Source: Convolutriloba macropyga (Eukaryota). Taken from it: a DNA stretch of 64,000 nucleotides. The stretch is from positions 62,001 to 126,000 of the forward strand of contig NW_027451353.1 in the NCBI RefSeq assembly GCF_964194025.1, given 5' to 3'. Below are positions 39,230 to 51,900 of this stretch, in pieces (the first letter of the stretch is position 1; the number at the start of each line of letters is the position of its first letter). The notes under the pieces are model-generated. The model made no database searches. It saw only the letters and a program-made list of their open reading frames with translations, and was not told the origin of the DNA. Made by a program: the position numbers and the translations under genes.

Positions 39230-40305
39230 TTCACATCGAGCACATGGTTCCGGGTCTTAATCTCTGTCGATGTCCCCACTCGTCACTGAGCTTTTTTTCG
39301 CAATCAGCTAATGGAAAAGTGATGTTATAAATATGGTTTAAAAGCTTGTTTCATGGCGGGCCCAAAAAGCTTAGTCCTGTCGCAATTGATACGGTAGTTT
39401 GGTAAATATTAAAGATTTCAGGTCGTGTACCCCGAAAAAGTGAGGTATGCCATGTGCTCGATCGTTAATAATTTTTTACAGAGCAGTTGTAATTGGCTCA
39501 AATTTTGATATGATGTGTCTCATTGTGTCTATTAACTATACCAATAGGTCCAATCACGTTGCGTTTTAATGTCGCTGAAAAATTCATCTTTGAGGACATG
39601 GTATACGGTTTGGCCACAGGTCGATGTACGCACTCCTCACTGAGCTTTATTTCGCGATCAGCTGATGAAAAAGTAATGTTATATATATGGTTTTAAAGCT
39701 CGCTTTATGACGGTTCTAACAAACAAGGTCCCATTGCGATTGGCACAGTAGTTTGGTAGATATGGAAGATTTCAGGTCGTGTTCCCCGAAAGAGTGATGT
39801 ATGCCATGTGCTCGATCGTTAATAACTTTTTACATAGCAGTTTTATTTGGCTCAACTTTTGATATGATGTGTCTTATTATGTCTCTTAACTATCCCAATG
39901 GGTCCCATTGCGTTGCGATTTAATTTCGCCGAAAAATTTGTCATTGAGGACATGGTATACGGTGGGGCCCTAGGTCGAGATACCTACCGCTCACCGGGCT
40001 TTATTTCACGACCTACTACAGCAAAAGTGATGTTATGTATCTGGATTTATAGCTCGTTTTATGACGGTTCTAACAAGTTAGATCCCTTTGCAATTGGTAC
40101 AGTAGTTCGGTAGATTTCAGGTCGTGTACCCCGAAAAAGTGAGGTATGACGTGCTCGATCGTTAATAACTTTTTACATAGCAATTGTATTTGGCCCAAAT
40201 TTTGATATGATGTATCTTATTATGTCTGTTAACTTTCCAAATAGGTCCGATCAAGTTGCGTTAAAATTTCGCCGAAAAATTTAGGATCGAGCACATGGTA
40301 CCCAA
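39230..40305. repeat. ~350-bp tandem repeat, about 3 copies, running into the gap
   Basis: GATTTCAGGTCGTGT(A/T)CCCCGAAA at ~39414, 39768 and 40113. Confidence 0.88.
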
Positions 40306-40319
40306 TGCAAGTTAGTGAG

Positions 40320-40561
40320 NNNNNNNNNNNNNNNNNNNNNNNNNNNNNNNNNNNNNNNNNNNNNNNNNNNNNNNNNNNNNNNNNNNNNNNNNNNNNNNNN
40401 NNNNNNNNNNNNNNNNNNNNNNNNNNNNNNNNNNNNNNNNNNNNNNNNNNNNNNNNNNNNNNNNNNNNNNNNNNNNNNNNNNNNNNNNNNNNNNNNNNNN
40501 NNNNNNNNNNNNNNNNNNNNNNNNNNNNNNNNNNNNNNNNNNNNNNNNNNNNNNNNNNNNN
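40320..40561. other. Assembly gap (N run)
   Basis: Run of N bases. Confidence 1.
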
Positions 40562-40589
40562 TCGGGTGTGGGGGGGGGGGGCTGGATGT

Positions 40590-40628
<39 letters not shown>

Positions 40629-40765
40629 TGTGTGTGTGCGTGGGGGTGTGTGTGCGTGCGCGTCTGTCTGTCTGTCTGTCTGTGTGTGTGTCTGTCTGTC
40701 TGTGTCTGTTTCTGTGTCTCTCTGTGTGTGGGGTGTGTCTGTTTGTGTGTGTGTGTTCGTGTGTC
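40562..40765. repeat. (GT)n/(GTCT)n compound microsatellite
   Basis: Direct inspection. Confidence 0.97.
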
Positions 40766-42057
40766 AAAGTTTTTGACCGTTTTTTCTTTTTGAGTACCTT
40801 TTACCTTTTAAGCCCTTGAGTTTCTACGTTTTGCGTGATCTAAAGTTCTCTCTTACTCACAATTTCAAGCAATCGAACTCAATTGTTGGGCAATTTAACA
40901 CTGAAGGTGAATTGACAAGTGCACCGAAATTGATGTCATTATCTCACTTCATCTAAAATACTCATAGTGATATGTTTTACTCGATTTGAGCCCTGTTTGT
41001 TAGTACAAAACCTCTTTTCTGTGTTATCACCAACAAACAGTCAAGTTGAATGAGTGCTGAAATTAAACTTGCGATTTTACAATTCTATGGAAAAAGCTGG
41101 TACTTTTAGAGGTTGATGATTTCAAATGAGTCAAAAAACTGGAATAAAAAGATCTGCTCGTGTGTTAGAAAAGGAAGCCTGTGCAAATGTATCGGCAGAT
41201 GATATAGTTTTGCCAGAAGATTGGAGGTTCATTTTTTCTTCGAAATTGATAGAACGTTTTCACTTGTTGAAGTGGAAAGCAAAACATGGCCAGCGAATTT
41301 CAAAAATTCTGAAAAACTGTCTCTCTCGGTCGGTGATGAAGTTACAATAAAATGTGGGTTCAATTACGATGATCCGCAATCAGGAAGCTGTAGGGTACAA
41401 GGGCACGAAATACATCTTGAAAAAATATTGAAGCAAGCATATAAGTTGAGGAGAGGAGGCCACGATGCTAGCAAAATTAACTGCTAAGAATTGTTGGAGC
41501 AACTGGTGAGCAATGAGAAGACAGTTCAATCGCAGGTAGTTGTTGAGAGTGGCCGTGAGAAAATTTTCCCAAAGTTTGCAAAGATGTTGCAATTCCGGTG
41601 CAAAGTACGCAAAATGACAAGGTCGCTGACTTGCCGGAACTTGACGATCAAATGGTTTATGATTTACTGAATAATGCGGCCGAAGTCCCTGCGCCATGTG
41701 GGTCCGGAACTCAGCGACATAAAACGTGCATGCAGCGTACAGATGAGGTAAAATGTTTCTTGTGCCTATAAAAAATGTCACAGCGCTCTGGAAGGGACGC
41801 ATGGCTTTTTGCTTTTAAATTTTACTAAAAATCAAAACTTGAATTTTAGTAAGTCTCATAAGTATTTTTTTGCTCTCTTGAGTTTTATCAAGTCTCAACC
41901 TCAATTAACTGATCCAAGGTTTTTTATAGTCATGTCACAGGCTCTGAAAGGACGCCTGGCAATAACTTTTTCTTCATTTCAAAACATACGCCAAAGTAAA
42001 ATGCCCTTTGTTTGTAATTTGAGGCAAATTCAATTTGCTTAACCATTTGATTTTTCA

Positions 42058-42560
42058 ATGGGATTTTCAAACGGAGAGTTGCGGCACGTTTTGATTAAAA
42101 TTGAAACGCGTTTCGATGAAAGCAGCAATGTCTTGAACCAGTAAATGATTTTTTTCAAGAAGGCCTTGGACGAGATAACTCGCCTGCACCAAAACTCCTT
42201 GCCAAATCAAGGTTCAAGTCCTGATTCGGAATCTGAGCAAGAAGAGTCAAATGTTGAAAAACGTGACTGGAGTGACAAAAATTTGTTTGCTCTTGGTGGC
42301 TCAACTTATCGCGAAAGAGCGATGAACTTAGCCAATGGGCTGTGGTCAGAAGACGAAATGATCAAGTATTGCGTCGAGCCGAAAAAAACTCTCGTAGGAG
42401 ATCAAGAACAAATGTTCTAAGAGAAATGATGGTAAAAATTATGAAGCGTGATTTTTGCGAGGACACTTATCGTGCTGTTTTGAAACATGTAAACCAGCAA
42501 GGAGTCAATCTATGCAAAAAGAGGAGACGGCCAGAGCAAGAAGAGAACAATCCAATAGAT
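42058..42560 (+). pseudogene. BEN-domain-like accessory protein
   Basis: Coiled N-terminus, then LGGSTYRERAMNLANGLWSEDEMIKYCV.. and, after a frameshift, TYRAVLKHVNQQGVNLCKKRRR. This resembles the BEN helical pattern common in EnSpm elements. Confidence 0.5.
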
Positions 42561-44717
42561 AGAGGAACCTTCAGCACGACTTTTAGTCTGCAAGGGATAA
42601 AAAAATACTTTGCTGCCAATTTCAAAACTTCCTTGATTGGAAAAAACTTGACTTCAATTGCAAACTTATTATCTATGCAAAATTAACATTAATGCAAAAT
42701 TCCTATCTTAACTCTCTGCGGTTGTTTTTGCTTTTGCTAACTTGTTTGTCTAAATTTGTTTGGCGCCTGATTATGGTAATATGGTTTTTTACTGTCTCCA
42801 AGATTAAATTCATGTCTATATAGTCTATGACTTGTCTATTTAGCTCTGCAACATTGAAACTTTTTGCACTGAAATGCACAAAAAGTCTATTTCCATGCAA
42901 TTATCGCTTTAATTTTTGTGATTGAAATGAACTCGAGATTGAGAGCAGAAAACTCGAGAATAAAAGCAGAATTGTTCCTTTGTGCAGCCCCTTGAAAATT
43001 TGTTAGGTTCTTTTTTTCACAAAAAACTTGATTTAAATTTGGTCTATGCCGTCAATTTTTCCAGTGATTACTTTCCACTTTATTTTCATGATAACGCTGT
43101 TACTGTCTTCAATAAAAATTGACCATACTTTTTTCCATACTTTCAACAATGTGTTTTGGTTGTGAATGCCCCACCTATTTACAATTTTGAATGCTTTCAG
43201 AGTTTGTTTGCTGTCGTTTATTTGTAATTAAGTGGAAGTATGAGTGATACTGGTAGCTCTCCTTGTAATGCTGTACTTCTAAACATTATGGACGATGGTG
43301 AGTCAATTGAACTGTCAAATCAGGGGCAAAATGCACTAGAGAATCTAAAGGTTAACCAAAGATTTTCAATTAAGAATTTAATGGGATGCTCACAGAATGT
43401 TTGCTACGAGAACTTTCAAAGCTTTGAAAATCGGTGCCGTAAACTTTTGTTTTGAAAGGGTTAAAATGTTTTGCGCTAAGTTATTTTTTTACGTTTATCT
43501 GTAAGGCTTTGTTCAAGGTGCGTATTTTTTCGGCAAGAGCGGAACGGCAGTCACGTTTCCTGTGTAGCAGCTTTAAACAATGTAGAGGAGGCGCTGAGGA
43601 GATCTATTAAGCTTGAGGTTGCTGCCGCTGATCAAATGCTGAAAGCTTAGAGGCGACTTCGTGAAATTGTTATTTTTTGTAGTTTTTGAGAGTTGGTCTG
43701 TAATTTTTTTCTGAAATTGTGTCTTGCGTTTGAGAATTGCTCAGAAATTGAAAAAGGCAGGAGGAAGCCAAAGAGTCATTAATTTACAAGGGTAAAAATC
43801 TCTTGGCCTACAAGGGCAGAAGAGATGATCACAACGGATTTGGCAGGTTTCTTAGTCGGTGCATACTCACAAAAGAAGAACGTATTGCACAAAGGTGTAC
43901 AGTTGAAGGCAGAGAACTAGCCTTCGAAGAGGAGGAGAAATATTTCAGAGGTATTAATTTTTAGCAATCTTAAATATGGATTGGAGTTTTTAGAAAGATT
44001 GACCCATCGAAAATCTGTATGTCTGTTTTAGAGGCAGTTAAAAGGTTCTGTGGCGACAATTTATATGCGCTGCGCCTCGTGAAAGACGCCGCAAATACTC
44101 TGGGTTGGAGAGAGCGTAACGAGTTAATCATCTCTGGTTGTATATCTGAGGGAAGCGTTGCAAAGTTGATGTCCCGGAAAAAATAAATCAGTTTAAGTCA
44201 CGCTCTGAAAGGGACGTGATTGATTTGTGAATAAAGTGAAACTGATAATGTTTAAATAAACAAAGACCTAATCTGCTTCGTTGATTTTCTTGTTTGTGTT
44301 TGGTGTACTTATTTATTACTGTCAAAAGGTTTCTCATTTTTGTCGAAGATTGCCTTTCGCTTTGAGCTACGTGAGGTTAAATAACCTTCATTCGGAAAGC
44401 TAAATATCTTTGCTGTTTTTTGTTCATTTCTGTACTGATTGTACATTGTGTGATCCTTAAAATCATTCAAAACACGACTCTTCTAGCGATCAGAAAGAGA
44501 ATATCAATAGCCGCGAAGCAATAGCTCAGGCTCTTTTAGGCCTTCTCTTGGTTTTTTCTTATTTCTCAGGAATTTGTTCAAAAAGTAAATGTCTTTTGCG
44601 ATCTTTTAAAATTTTTTGAAATTGCAAAACTACCGAACTATCGCGGCTATTTTTGGGCAATCTGCGGGCTATTTCAATTTTTCTGACCATCTTAATGAAC
44701 ATTTTTTTAAGATAGTA

Positions 44718-45345
44718 ATGTCAACAATATCGCTAGCTTTTAACACAACATCTTCGAAGACCTTCGCAAAAATTGATGTGAGCTGGAGAGAACTAGCAAA
44801 AGTTGATGCGCAGTTAACAGGACTCTGGCTGGATACGAATGATCTCTGCATGCACAAAATAGACGTACGTTCAGGACAACGTAGCTGAGAGTGAAAGCCT
44901 GAATAATCTATACGGGTTTCTCGATGGCGAGTATGGTAAAAGTATGATGTTGGTTGAGTACAAGCCGGTGAGTTATTTAACTAGTGACTCCTTTCATCAA
45001 CTTGGACTGTTCGCCGAAGCCCAGATACCTAAAAGTAGTGTTGTAAATGGTGTTATTGGTTTGCTTGCTGATTTAACCGAGGATGAGATTGTTGAAGGGT
45101 ACAATGACATGCCAATTATTTATAGTAAGCTAAGAAATGTTCAGTAGGTGATGCTGGGACCTATTTCTTTTGTAAACGCCGCATGTAGAGCAAATGTCGA
45201 GTATAAACGAATAAGGAAGTTAATATGCTGCATGGCAAAAAGAGATATAGTAGTAGGAGAAGAACTTACCGTGTTTTATTCAAAATATTTCTTTGAAAGC
45301 TTTAACGAAAATTGCTCTTGCCCTTTTAAAAGTGAACATGGTGAT
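44718..45345 (+). pseudogene. Suv4-20/KMT5B-C-like SET domain (H4K20 methyltransferase family)
   Basis: RELAKVDAQLTGLWLD..MHK (cf. KELCENDDLATSLVLD..THK), GLFA, Q*VMLGPISFVNAACRANVEY (cf. LWLGPAAFINHDCRPNC), KRDIVVGEELTVFYSKYFFESFNENCSC (cf. RDIEPGEEI.CYYG.GFFGENNE.CEC). Confidence 0.85.
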
Positions 45346-45636
45346 CCCTGGCCAAAAGATCCAGAACTGCCCAGGAAAAAACATAGATCAAGGTTGGATT
45401 TAGCTTCCACACCATTAAATGAGGTATCTAATCAAAAATCCATCGAAACCCCTGTGAAGAGAATAATAGTTGATAACTTTCCTCCTAGGCGGGTTCTGTA
45501 CGAAACACCCACAAATGAAAACGATGAAAAATATCTGTTATATGATTCAACTTTCGGTTCGCTTGATTTGCCAAGTCCTATTAAGAACACTCCCCAAACC
45601 ACAACTTCAGATTGCTAGACTTTAAACAGTTTTGCT

Positions 45637-47660
45637 TTGCCAACAAATCCTTCGGAAAAAAATGACTCGACTATTATAGAATTACATGTAATTGAAGATG
45701 AGACAGATACTAATGATATCTTTTGTTCAGCGGTTGTAGACTATGCTTATTTTCAAGATCAAGAAAGAATTCCTCTATTTGAGGGTGCTTCCTCTACTAC
45801 AGAAAGCTTTATGCTTGAGTTTAATAGCATGTCTGATATACATAAGTTTCCCAAAAATGCCAGGCAGGACTCATTAAAATTTTTTGCAAACAATTTGCCA
45901 GTCCCCAACAACTTTCCTTCCCCTTTCTACCAACTGTATGTACGACGGAGTTCGAAAATGGCAGATTTTGTTGTGTAGATATTAGGAGTCATATTGAAAA
46001 AATTCTCGACGAGAATGCAAAATATATTTTGAGCTCGAGGTCTGAGTACTGTTCTTGGAAAACGTCGTGGGATGTTTTTTGCCGACCAGAAATTCAACTC
46101 GTTCTTAACATCGATGGTGCACCGGTATTTAAGTCTTGGAAAATTTCTGTTTGGCCGATTTGGGTGCAAGTTTTCAATCTCCCGCCGAAATTGCGTGGAG
46201 ATTTTTTGAAATCTTTGTTGACTGGCTCTGTGGCATGGAAAATCCAAACCCGATTTCGCAAAACTGTTGCCTCGTTTCTTTTTTGAGATTCAATCGTTAA
46301 TTCACAAAAGTTTATATATTGACGGCTTAGGATCATTGAAATTTTCTGTGCGTTCAATTGTTGCAGACATGCCGGCGACTGCTTGTGTTCTATGTATGAA
46401 CCAGTTCAATGGCTACTCATCGTGCCCGCATTGCTATATCAAAGGATTTTCTCAAGATCACCGAATGCTCTTCTCAGTTAAAAATGTTTTGGGTTGCGCG
46501 AGACTAAGGATTTTAAAGCTTGTGGCATAATTGACGAGCAAAATAACTCAGTAACACGCGGAACAAAGTCGTTAACCCCCCTAAGTAAAGTAATAGAATT
46601 ACCTTGGAACTGTCCAATAGATCCAATGCACCAGGTCTTTCTTGGAACCGGTAAAACTAATAGCTTCGTTAGCCAAAGGTCAAATTCTACAAAAAGCTGA
46701 GGCCTATATGTCTTTTGTTAAAGTGCCTTTTGACATTCAGCATCGAATTAAATTGCTGGCTGACATCAAATTTTGGAAAACATTTGATTTCAAATTGTTC
46801 TTTTTTCATGTAGGACCTCTCGTTTTTTGTAATCTCCCGATCAGAGAAGTCTATTTCAAAAGTTTCATTACATTGTGCATAGCTATCAGACTCCTATCCA
46901 GAACATCAGTAAATGAGCGTGATATTAGTGAGGCAAGTGTCTTAATTAATGATTTTTTTGAAAAATTTGTTGAAGTTTACGGCGAAAACTCCCAAACTTT
47001 CAACTTTCATACTATGCGGCATCTCTGTGAACAAGTTAAATGAAATGGCCCGCTCTGGTCATTTTCTGCTTTATGTTTTGAATCAGCCAATCACTGTCTC
47101 TTAAGTGCGGTGCAAGGAACAGTTAAAGGACCCGAAGCTTTTGTTGAACAATTTCTCAAGCATCAGGCTTCTTTTGGTAAGATAACTACTACGTCGGACA
47201 AATGCTTGCGAGGATTAACGATTGTTGGCGAGGATGCAAAAGCCTTCTGTTCTGATAAAAATAATGACCGTTTTTTGCTAGGTTTGTGAATTCTTTCGGT
47301 AATTTATTTTCATCCGTGTCTTATTCGCGAATAGGTAAAAGTCTCGGCGAACGTTTGTTTCAGCTCCGTGATTTGCGATTGTTTAGAGTTGAAATCTATT
47401 TCTCGAATTCTACCGGTACATTTGCCGTAGGAAAAGCAGCAAAAAGTGTAGTTGAAGCAAATTTAGCTGGAATCTCGCAAGGTTTTGGGTTTTTCTTTGA
47501 ATTTTTTGTTCATGAATCATTCGAAGTGATTTCTACTGAACAAATAAATTTCAAAACTTTTGTCTTGATTCAAGGAAGCAAATTTATCGTAAGCATAATG
47601 AATGAAGGTTTTGAACACAATAAATTATCATTGTTTAATTTTTTTCCAAAGTTTTTCTAG
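45637..47660 (+). pseudogene. CACTA/EnSpm-type DDE transposase, frameshifted
   Basis: LFEGA..H..LPVPNNFPS, LNIDGAPVFKS..SVWPI..NLPPKLR, ADMPA..QFNGYSSCPHC, IDPMHQVFLG, FWKTFDFK, TFNFHTMRHL..GPLW.FSA.CFESANH. Confidence 0.9.
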
Positions 47661-47702
47661 TTATGTTTTTCGCGGTGACTATGTAGCTATATTGCGCTTT
47701 TC

Positions 47703-48398
47703 TTGGTCTACTGTTCTTTCGCATATGTAAATATAACCAAAAAAATATTCACTTCAAGCTGCACTGAAAGGGTCAGCTTGTCCTCAAGTTTCAAAAAATT
47801 TTTTATTTTTTGTTTTAGTCCCTCGGTGGTAATTGTCGGTGACAGCAACTTAGTGAGGCTGGCAAATGATGTTGACAAGGACAACCTTCTAAGCAAACGC
47901 AACGTAACCGTAAGATGCAGGCTTGGTTTCAGGGCGAAACACCTAAACAGCGAGGACGTTGAATTCTGCAGCAATTTTGATTTGTGTATCGTTATGTTGG
48001 GCAACAACGATTTGTCGCAACACCCCAGCAAGCGCTGTATTACTCCCGAATCGCCTCTAAAAACAGCGGCACGGATGTGCGGCTTTGCTAGAGTCTTGCT
48101 TGACAAAAATGTTGAGACTACAGTTATTGGATTAATGGCCCGTCCCGATGTTAGATACGAACTCGTACAGACGGCAAACAGTCTGATGCAAAAATTTATG
48201 GGAAATCTATATGTTGGACCGAGGAAAATTCATGCTTCACATTTTCGTAAACAACACTCCCGTGATATTGCCCATCTGAATTTTTTCGGTAAAAAACTTG
48301 TACTGGCGCTGTTCTTGAGAATACTCGATACGGGGTTCGGCGAGTTGACGTGTGTAAAGAAATCTCAAAAAGGAAAATTGCATTCCATCAAAAACTAA
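47703..48398 (+). CDS. SGNH/GDSL hydrolase-like protein
   Basis: Block I VVIVGDSNL, block II G, block III MLGNND, block V D.AHLN..G. Probable short intron 47772-47818, so the true start is uncertain. Confidence 0.75.
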   Translation: MVYCSFAYVNITKKIFTSSCTERVSLSSSFKKFFIFCFSPSVVIVGDSNLVRLANDVDKDNLLSKRNVTVRCRLGFRAKHLNSEDVEFCSNFDLCIVMLGNNDLSQHPSKRCITPESPLKTAARMCGFARVLLDKNVETTVIGLMARPDVRYELVQTANSLMQKFMGNLYVGPRKIHASHFRKQHSRDIAHLNFFGKKLVLALFLRILDTGFGELTCVKKSQKGKLHSIKN

Positions 48399-48907
48399 GA
48401 AAACTTCAACTGAGTTTCCAAATGCAGAGAAACTCGGCATTTTGTGAAAGCGTTCCTGTTTTTTGTATTTAATCAAGATATCCCAAAAAACTAACTTAAC
48501 TTTGCTTTCCTGGCATTTTCAGAAAGCGTTCCTGTTTATGGAATTGATTCCAGATACTCCATTTCGCTTGTAAAACTATCCTTTGAACAACTTGTTTTTT
48601 GTTTGTTTGTTAATTGAAAAGGTTTCAATTCATTGTTGATTTCATTTTAAATTTTTACCGGCAAAAACAATATTCACTAAGAACTGCTAATATTTCGCTT
48701 CCTATAATTCCTGTAAAAATAAAAAAAACAAGTTTTCTCGAAAAAAATTTACTTGAAAATAATGATGCATTGTAACAATCAATTTTGCGATAGTCATTTG
48801 TTCAATTTAAAAATCATTATCCACTTTGATTGAAAAGATAAAATATACAGTTAAGAAATGCAGAAAACTTGAAAAAATTAACTTTGCTTTCTTGAGAATT
48901 TTTGAAA

Positions 48908-51900
48908 GGTTCTGGTTTTGTGCGCATTTTTGGTTTTTGGGTTGGTTTTAGGTGGTTGGCTTTTGGGTTTTAGGTGGGTAGGTTTTGGGTGAGGGGGTTT
49001 TGGGTTTTAGGTGGGTGTTTTTTTGGTGGTTTGTTTTTGTTTTTTGATTGGCTGGCTTTTAGGTTATGTCTTTTGGTAGGTGGGTTTTGGTTTTAGGTGG
49101 GTGTGTTTTGGTTTTGGTGGGTTTTAGGTGCCTGTTTTGGGGTTTAGGTGGGTAAGTTTTGGGTTTTAGGTGCGTAGATTTTGGTTTTTGGTTGGTGGGT
49201 TCTGGTTTTAGGTGTGTGGATTTTTGGTTTTTGGGAGAGTTTTAGGTGGCTGGGCTTTGGATTTTAGGTGGGTAGGTTTTGGGTGAGTGGCTTTTGGGTT
49301 TTTGTGTTGTAGGTGGATGGGTGTGGGTTTTTGGTGGTTGGGTTTTGTCTTTTGGATGGCTGGGTTTTAGGTAGGTAGGTTTTGGTTTTTGGTAGGTTGG
49401 ATCGGGTTTTAGGTTGGTATAATTGGTTTTTGTTAGGTGGGCACTGGTTTTGTGTGGACTTTTGGTTTTTGGGTTGGTTTTAGGTGGCTGGCTTTTGGGT
49501 TTAAGGTGGGTAGGTTTTGGGTGAGGGGGTTTTGGGTTTTAGGTGGGTGTTTTTTGGTGGTTTGTTTTTGTATTTTGATTGGCTGGATTTTAGGTTTTGT
49601 TTTCTGGTAGGTGGGTTCTGGTTTTAGGTGGGTGTGTTTTGGTTTTGGTGGATTTTAGGTGGCTGGGTTTTGGGGTTTAGGTGGGTAGGTTTTGGGTTTT
49701 AGGTGGGTAGATTGTGGTTTTTGGTTGGTGGGTTCTGGTTATAGGTGTGTGGATTTTTGGTTTTTGGGTGAGTTTTAGGTGGCTGGGCTTTGGATTTTAG
49801 GTGGGCACGTTTTGAGTGAGTGGTTTTTGGGTTTTTGTGTTGTAGGTGGGTTTTGTTGGGTGTGGGTTTTCGGTGGTTGGGTTTTGTCTTTTGGATGGCC
49901 GGGTTTAGGTGGGTAGGTTTTGGGTGAGTGGGTTTGGGTTTTAGGTGGCTATTTTTCGTGTTTTTGGCGGGTGGGTTTTTGGTGTGTGTGTGGGTTTTTG
50001 GTGGCTGGGTTTTAGTTGGGTAGGTTTTGGTTTTTGGTAGGTGGGTTCTGGTTTCAAATGGATTTTTGGTTTTTGGGTGGGTTTCAGGTGGCTGGGTTTT
50101 GTATTTGAGATGGATAGGGTTTGGGTGAGGGGGTTTTGGGTTTTAGGTGGGTGTTTATTTGGTGGTTTGTTTTTGTTTTTTGATTGGCTGGCTTTCAGGT
50201 TTGTTTTTTTAGGAGGTTGGTTCTGGTGTTAGGTGGGTGTGTTTTGGTTTTGGTGGGTTTCAGGTGGCTGGGTTTTGGGTTTTAGGTGGGTAGGTTTTGG
50301 GTGAGTGGTTTTTGGTTTTTTGTGTTGTAGGTGGGTGGGTTTTGGTGGGTGTGGGATTTTGGTGGTTGGGTTTTGTCTTTTGTGTGGCTGGGTTTTAGGT
50401 GGGTAGGTTTTGGTTTTTGGTTGGTGAGTTCTGGTTTTAGGTGTGTGGAATTTCGTTTTTGGGAGAGTTTTAGGTGGCTGGGCTTTGGATTTAAGTGGGT
50501 AGGTTTTGGGTGAGTGGTTTTTGGGTTTTTGTGTTGTAGGTGGATGGGTGTGGGTTTTTGGTGGTTGGGTTTTGTCTTTTGGTTTGCTGGGTTTTAGGTA
50601 GGTAGGTTTTGGTTTTTGGTAGGTTGGTTCGGGTTTTAGGTTGGTGTAATTGGTTTTTGGTAGGTGGGCTCTGGTTTCGTGTGGATTTTTGGTTTTTGGG
50701 TTGGTTTTAGGTGGCTGGCTTTTGGGTTTTAGGTGGGTGTTTTTTGGTGGTTTGTTTTTGTTCTTTGATTGGCTGGGTTTTAGAATTTGTTTTCTGGTAG
50801 GTGGGTTCTGGTTTTAGGTGGTCGTGTTTTGGTTTTGGTGGATTTTAGGTGGCTGGGTTTTGGGGTTTAGGTGGGTAGGTTTTGGGTTTTAGGTGGGTAG
50901 ATTTTGGTTTTTGGTTGGTGGGTTCTGGTTATAGGTGTGTGGATTTTTGGTTTTTGGTGAGTTTTAGGTGGCTGGGCTTTGGATTTTAGGTGGACACGTT
51001 TTGAGTGAGTGGTTTTTGGGTTTTTGTGCTGTAGGTGGGTTTTGCTGGGTGTGGGTTTTCGGTGGTTGGGTTGTGTCTTTTGGTTTGCTGGGTTTTAGGT
51101 AGGTAGGTTTTGGTTTTTGGTAGGTTGGATTGGGTTTTAGGTTGGTATAATTGGTTTTTGGTAGGTGGGCTCTGGTTTTGTGTGGATTTTTGGTTTTTGG
51201 GTTGGTTTTAGGTGGCTGGTTTTTGGGTTTTAGGTGGGTGTTTTTTGGTGTTTTATTTTTGTTTTTTGATTGGCTGGATTTTAGGTTTTGTTTTCTGATA
51301 GGTGGGTTCTGGTTTTAGGTGGGTGTGTTTTGGTTTTGGTGGGTTTTAGGTGGCTGGTTTTTGGGGTTTAGGTGGGTAGGTTTTGGGTTTTAGGTGGGTA
51401 GATTTTGGTTTTTGGTTTTGGGGGGTTCTGGTTATAGGTGTGTGGATTTTTGGTTTTTGGGTGAGTTTCAGGTGGCCGGGCTTTGGATTTTAGGCGGGCA
51501 CGTTTTGAGTGAGTGGTTTTTGTGTTTTTGAGTTGTAGGTGGGTTTTGGTGGGTGTGGGTTTCCGGTGGTTGGGTTTTGTCTTTTGGATGGCTGGGTTTA
51601 GGTGGGTAGGTTTTGGGTGAGTGGGTTTGGGTTTTAGGTGGTTATTTTTCGTGTTTTTGGTGGGTGGGTTTTTGGTGTGTGTGTGGGTTTTTGGTGGTTG
51701 GGTTTTAGTTGGTTAGGTTTTGGTTTTTGGTAGTTGCGTTCTGGTTTCAAATAGATTTTTGGTTTTTGGGTGGGTTTCAGGTGGCTGGGCTTTGTATTTG
51801 AGGTTGGTAGGGTTTGGGTGAGGGGGTTTTGGGTTTTAGATGGGTGTTTATTTGGTGGTTTGTTTTTGTTTTTTGATTGGCTGGCTTTCAGGTTTGTTTT

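Larger units (their letters stand above)
41050..48400 (+). mobile_element. CACTA/EnSpm (CMC)-type DNA transposon, decayed, with passenger genes; termini not identified
   Basis: EnSpm-type transposase motifs plus co-oriented BEN-like, SET and SGNH-like ORFs in one compact block showing a similar degree of decay. No TIRs found. Confidence 0.75.

Noticed and set aside
40305-40819. ORFs across the gap and microsatellite (VCVC/THTH)
   Set aside because: Artefacts of the N run and the dinucleotide repeat.
40770-48910. CACTA terminal inverted repeats
   Set aside because: No convincing CAC(T)..GTG inverted pair or TSD found by eye; the left end may lie in the gap.
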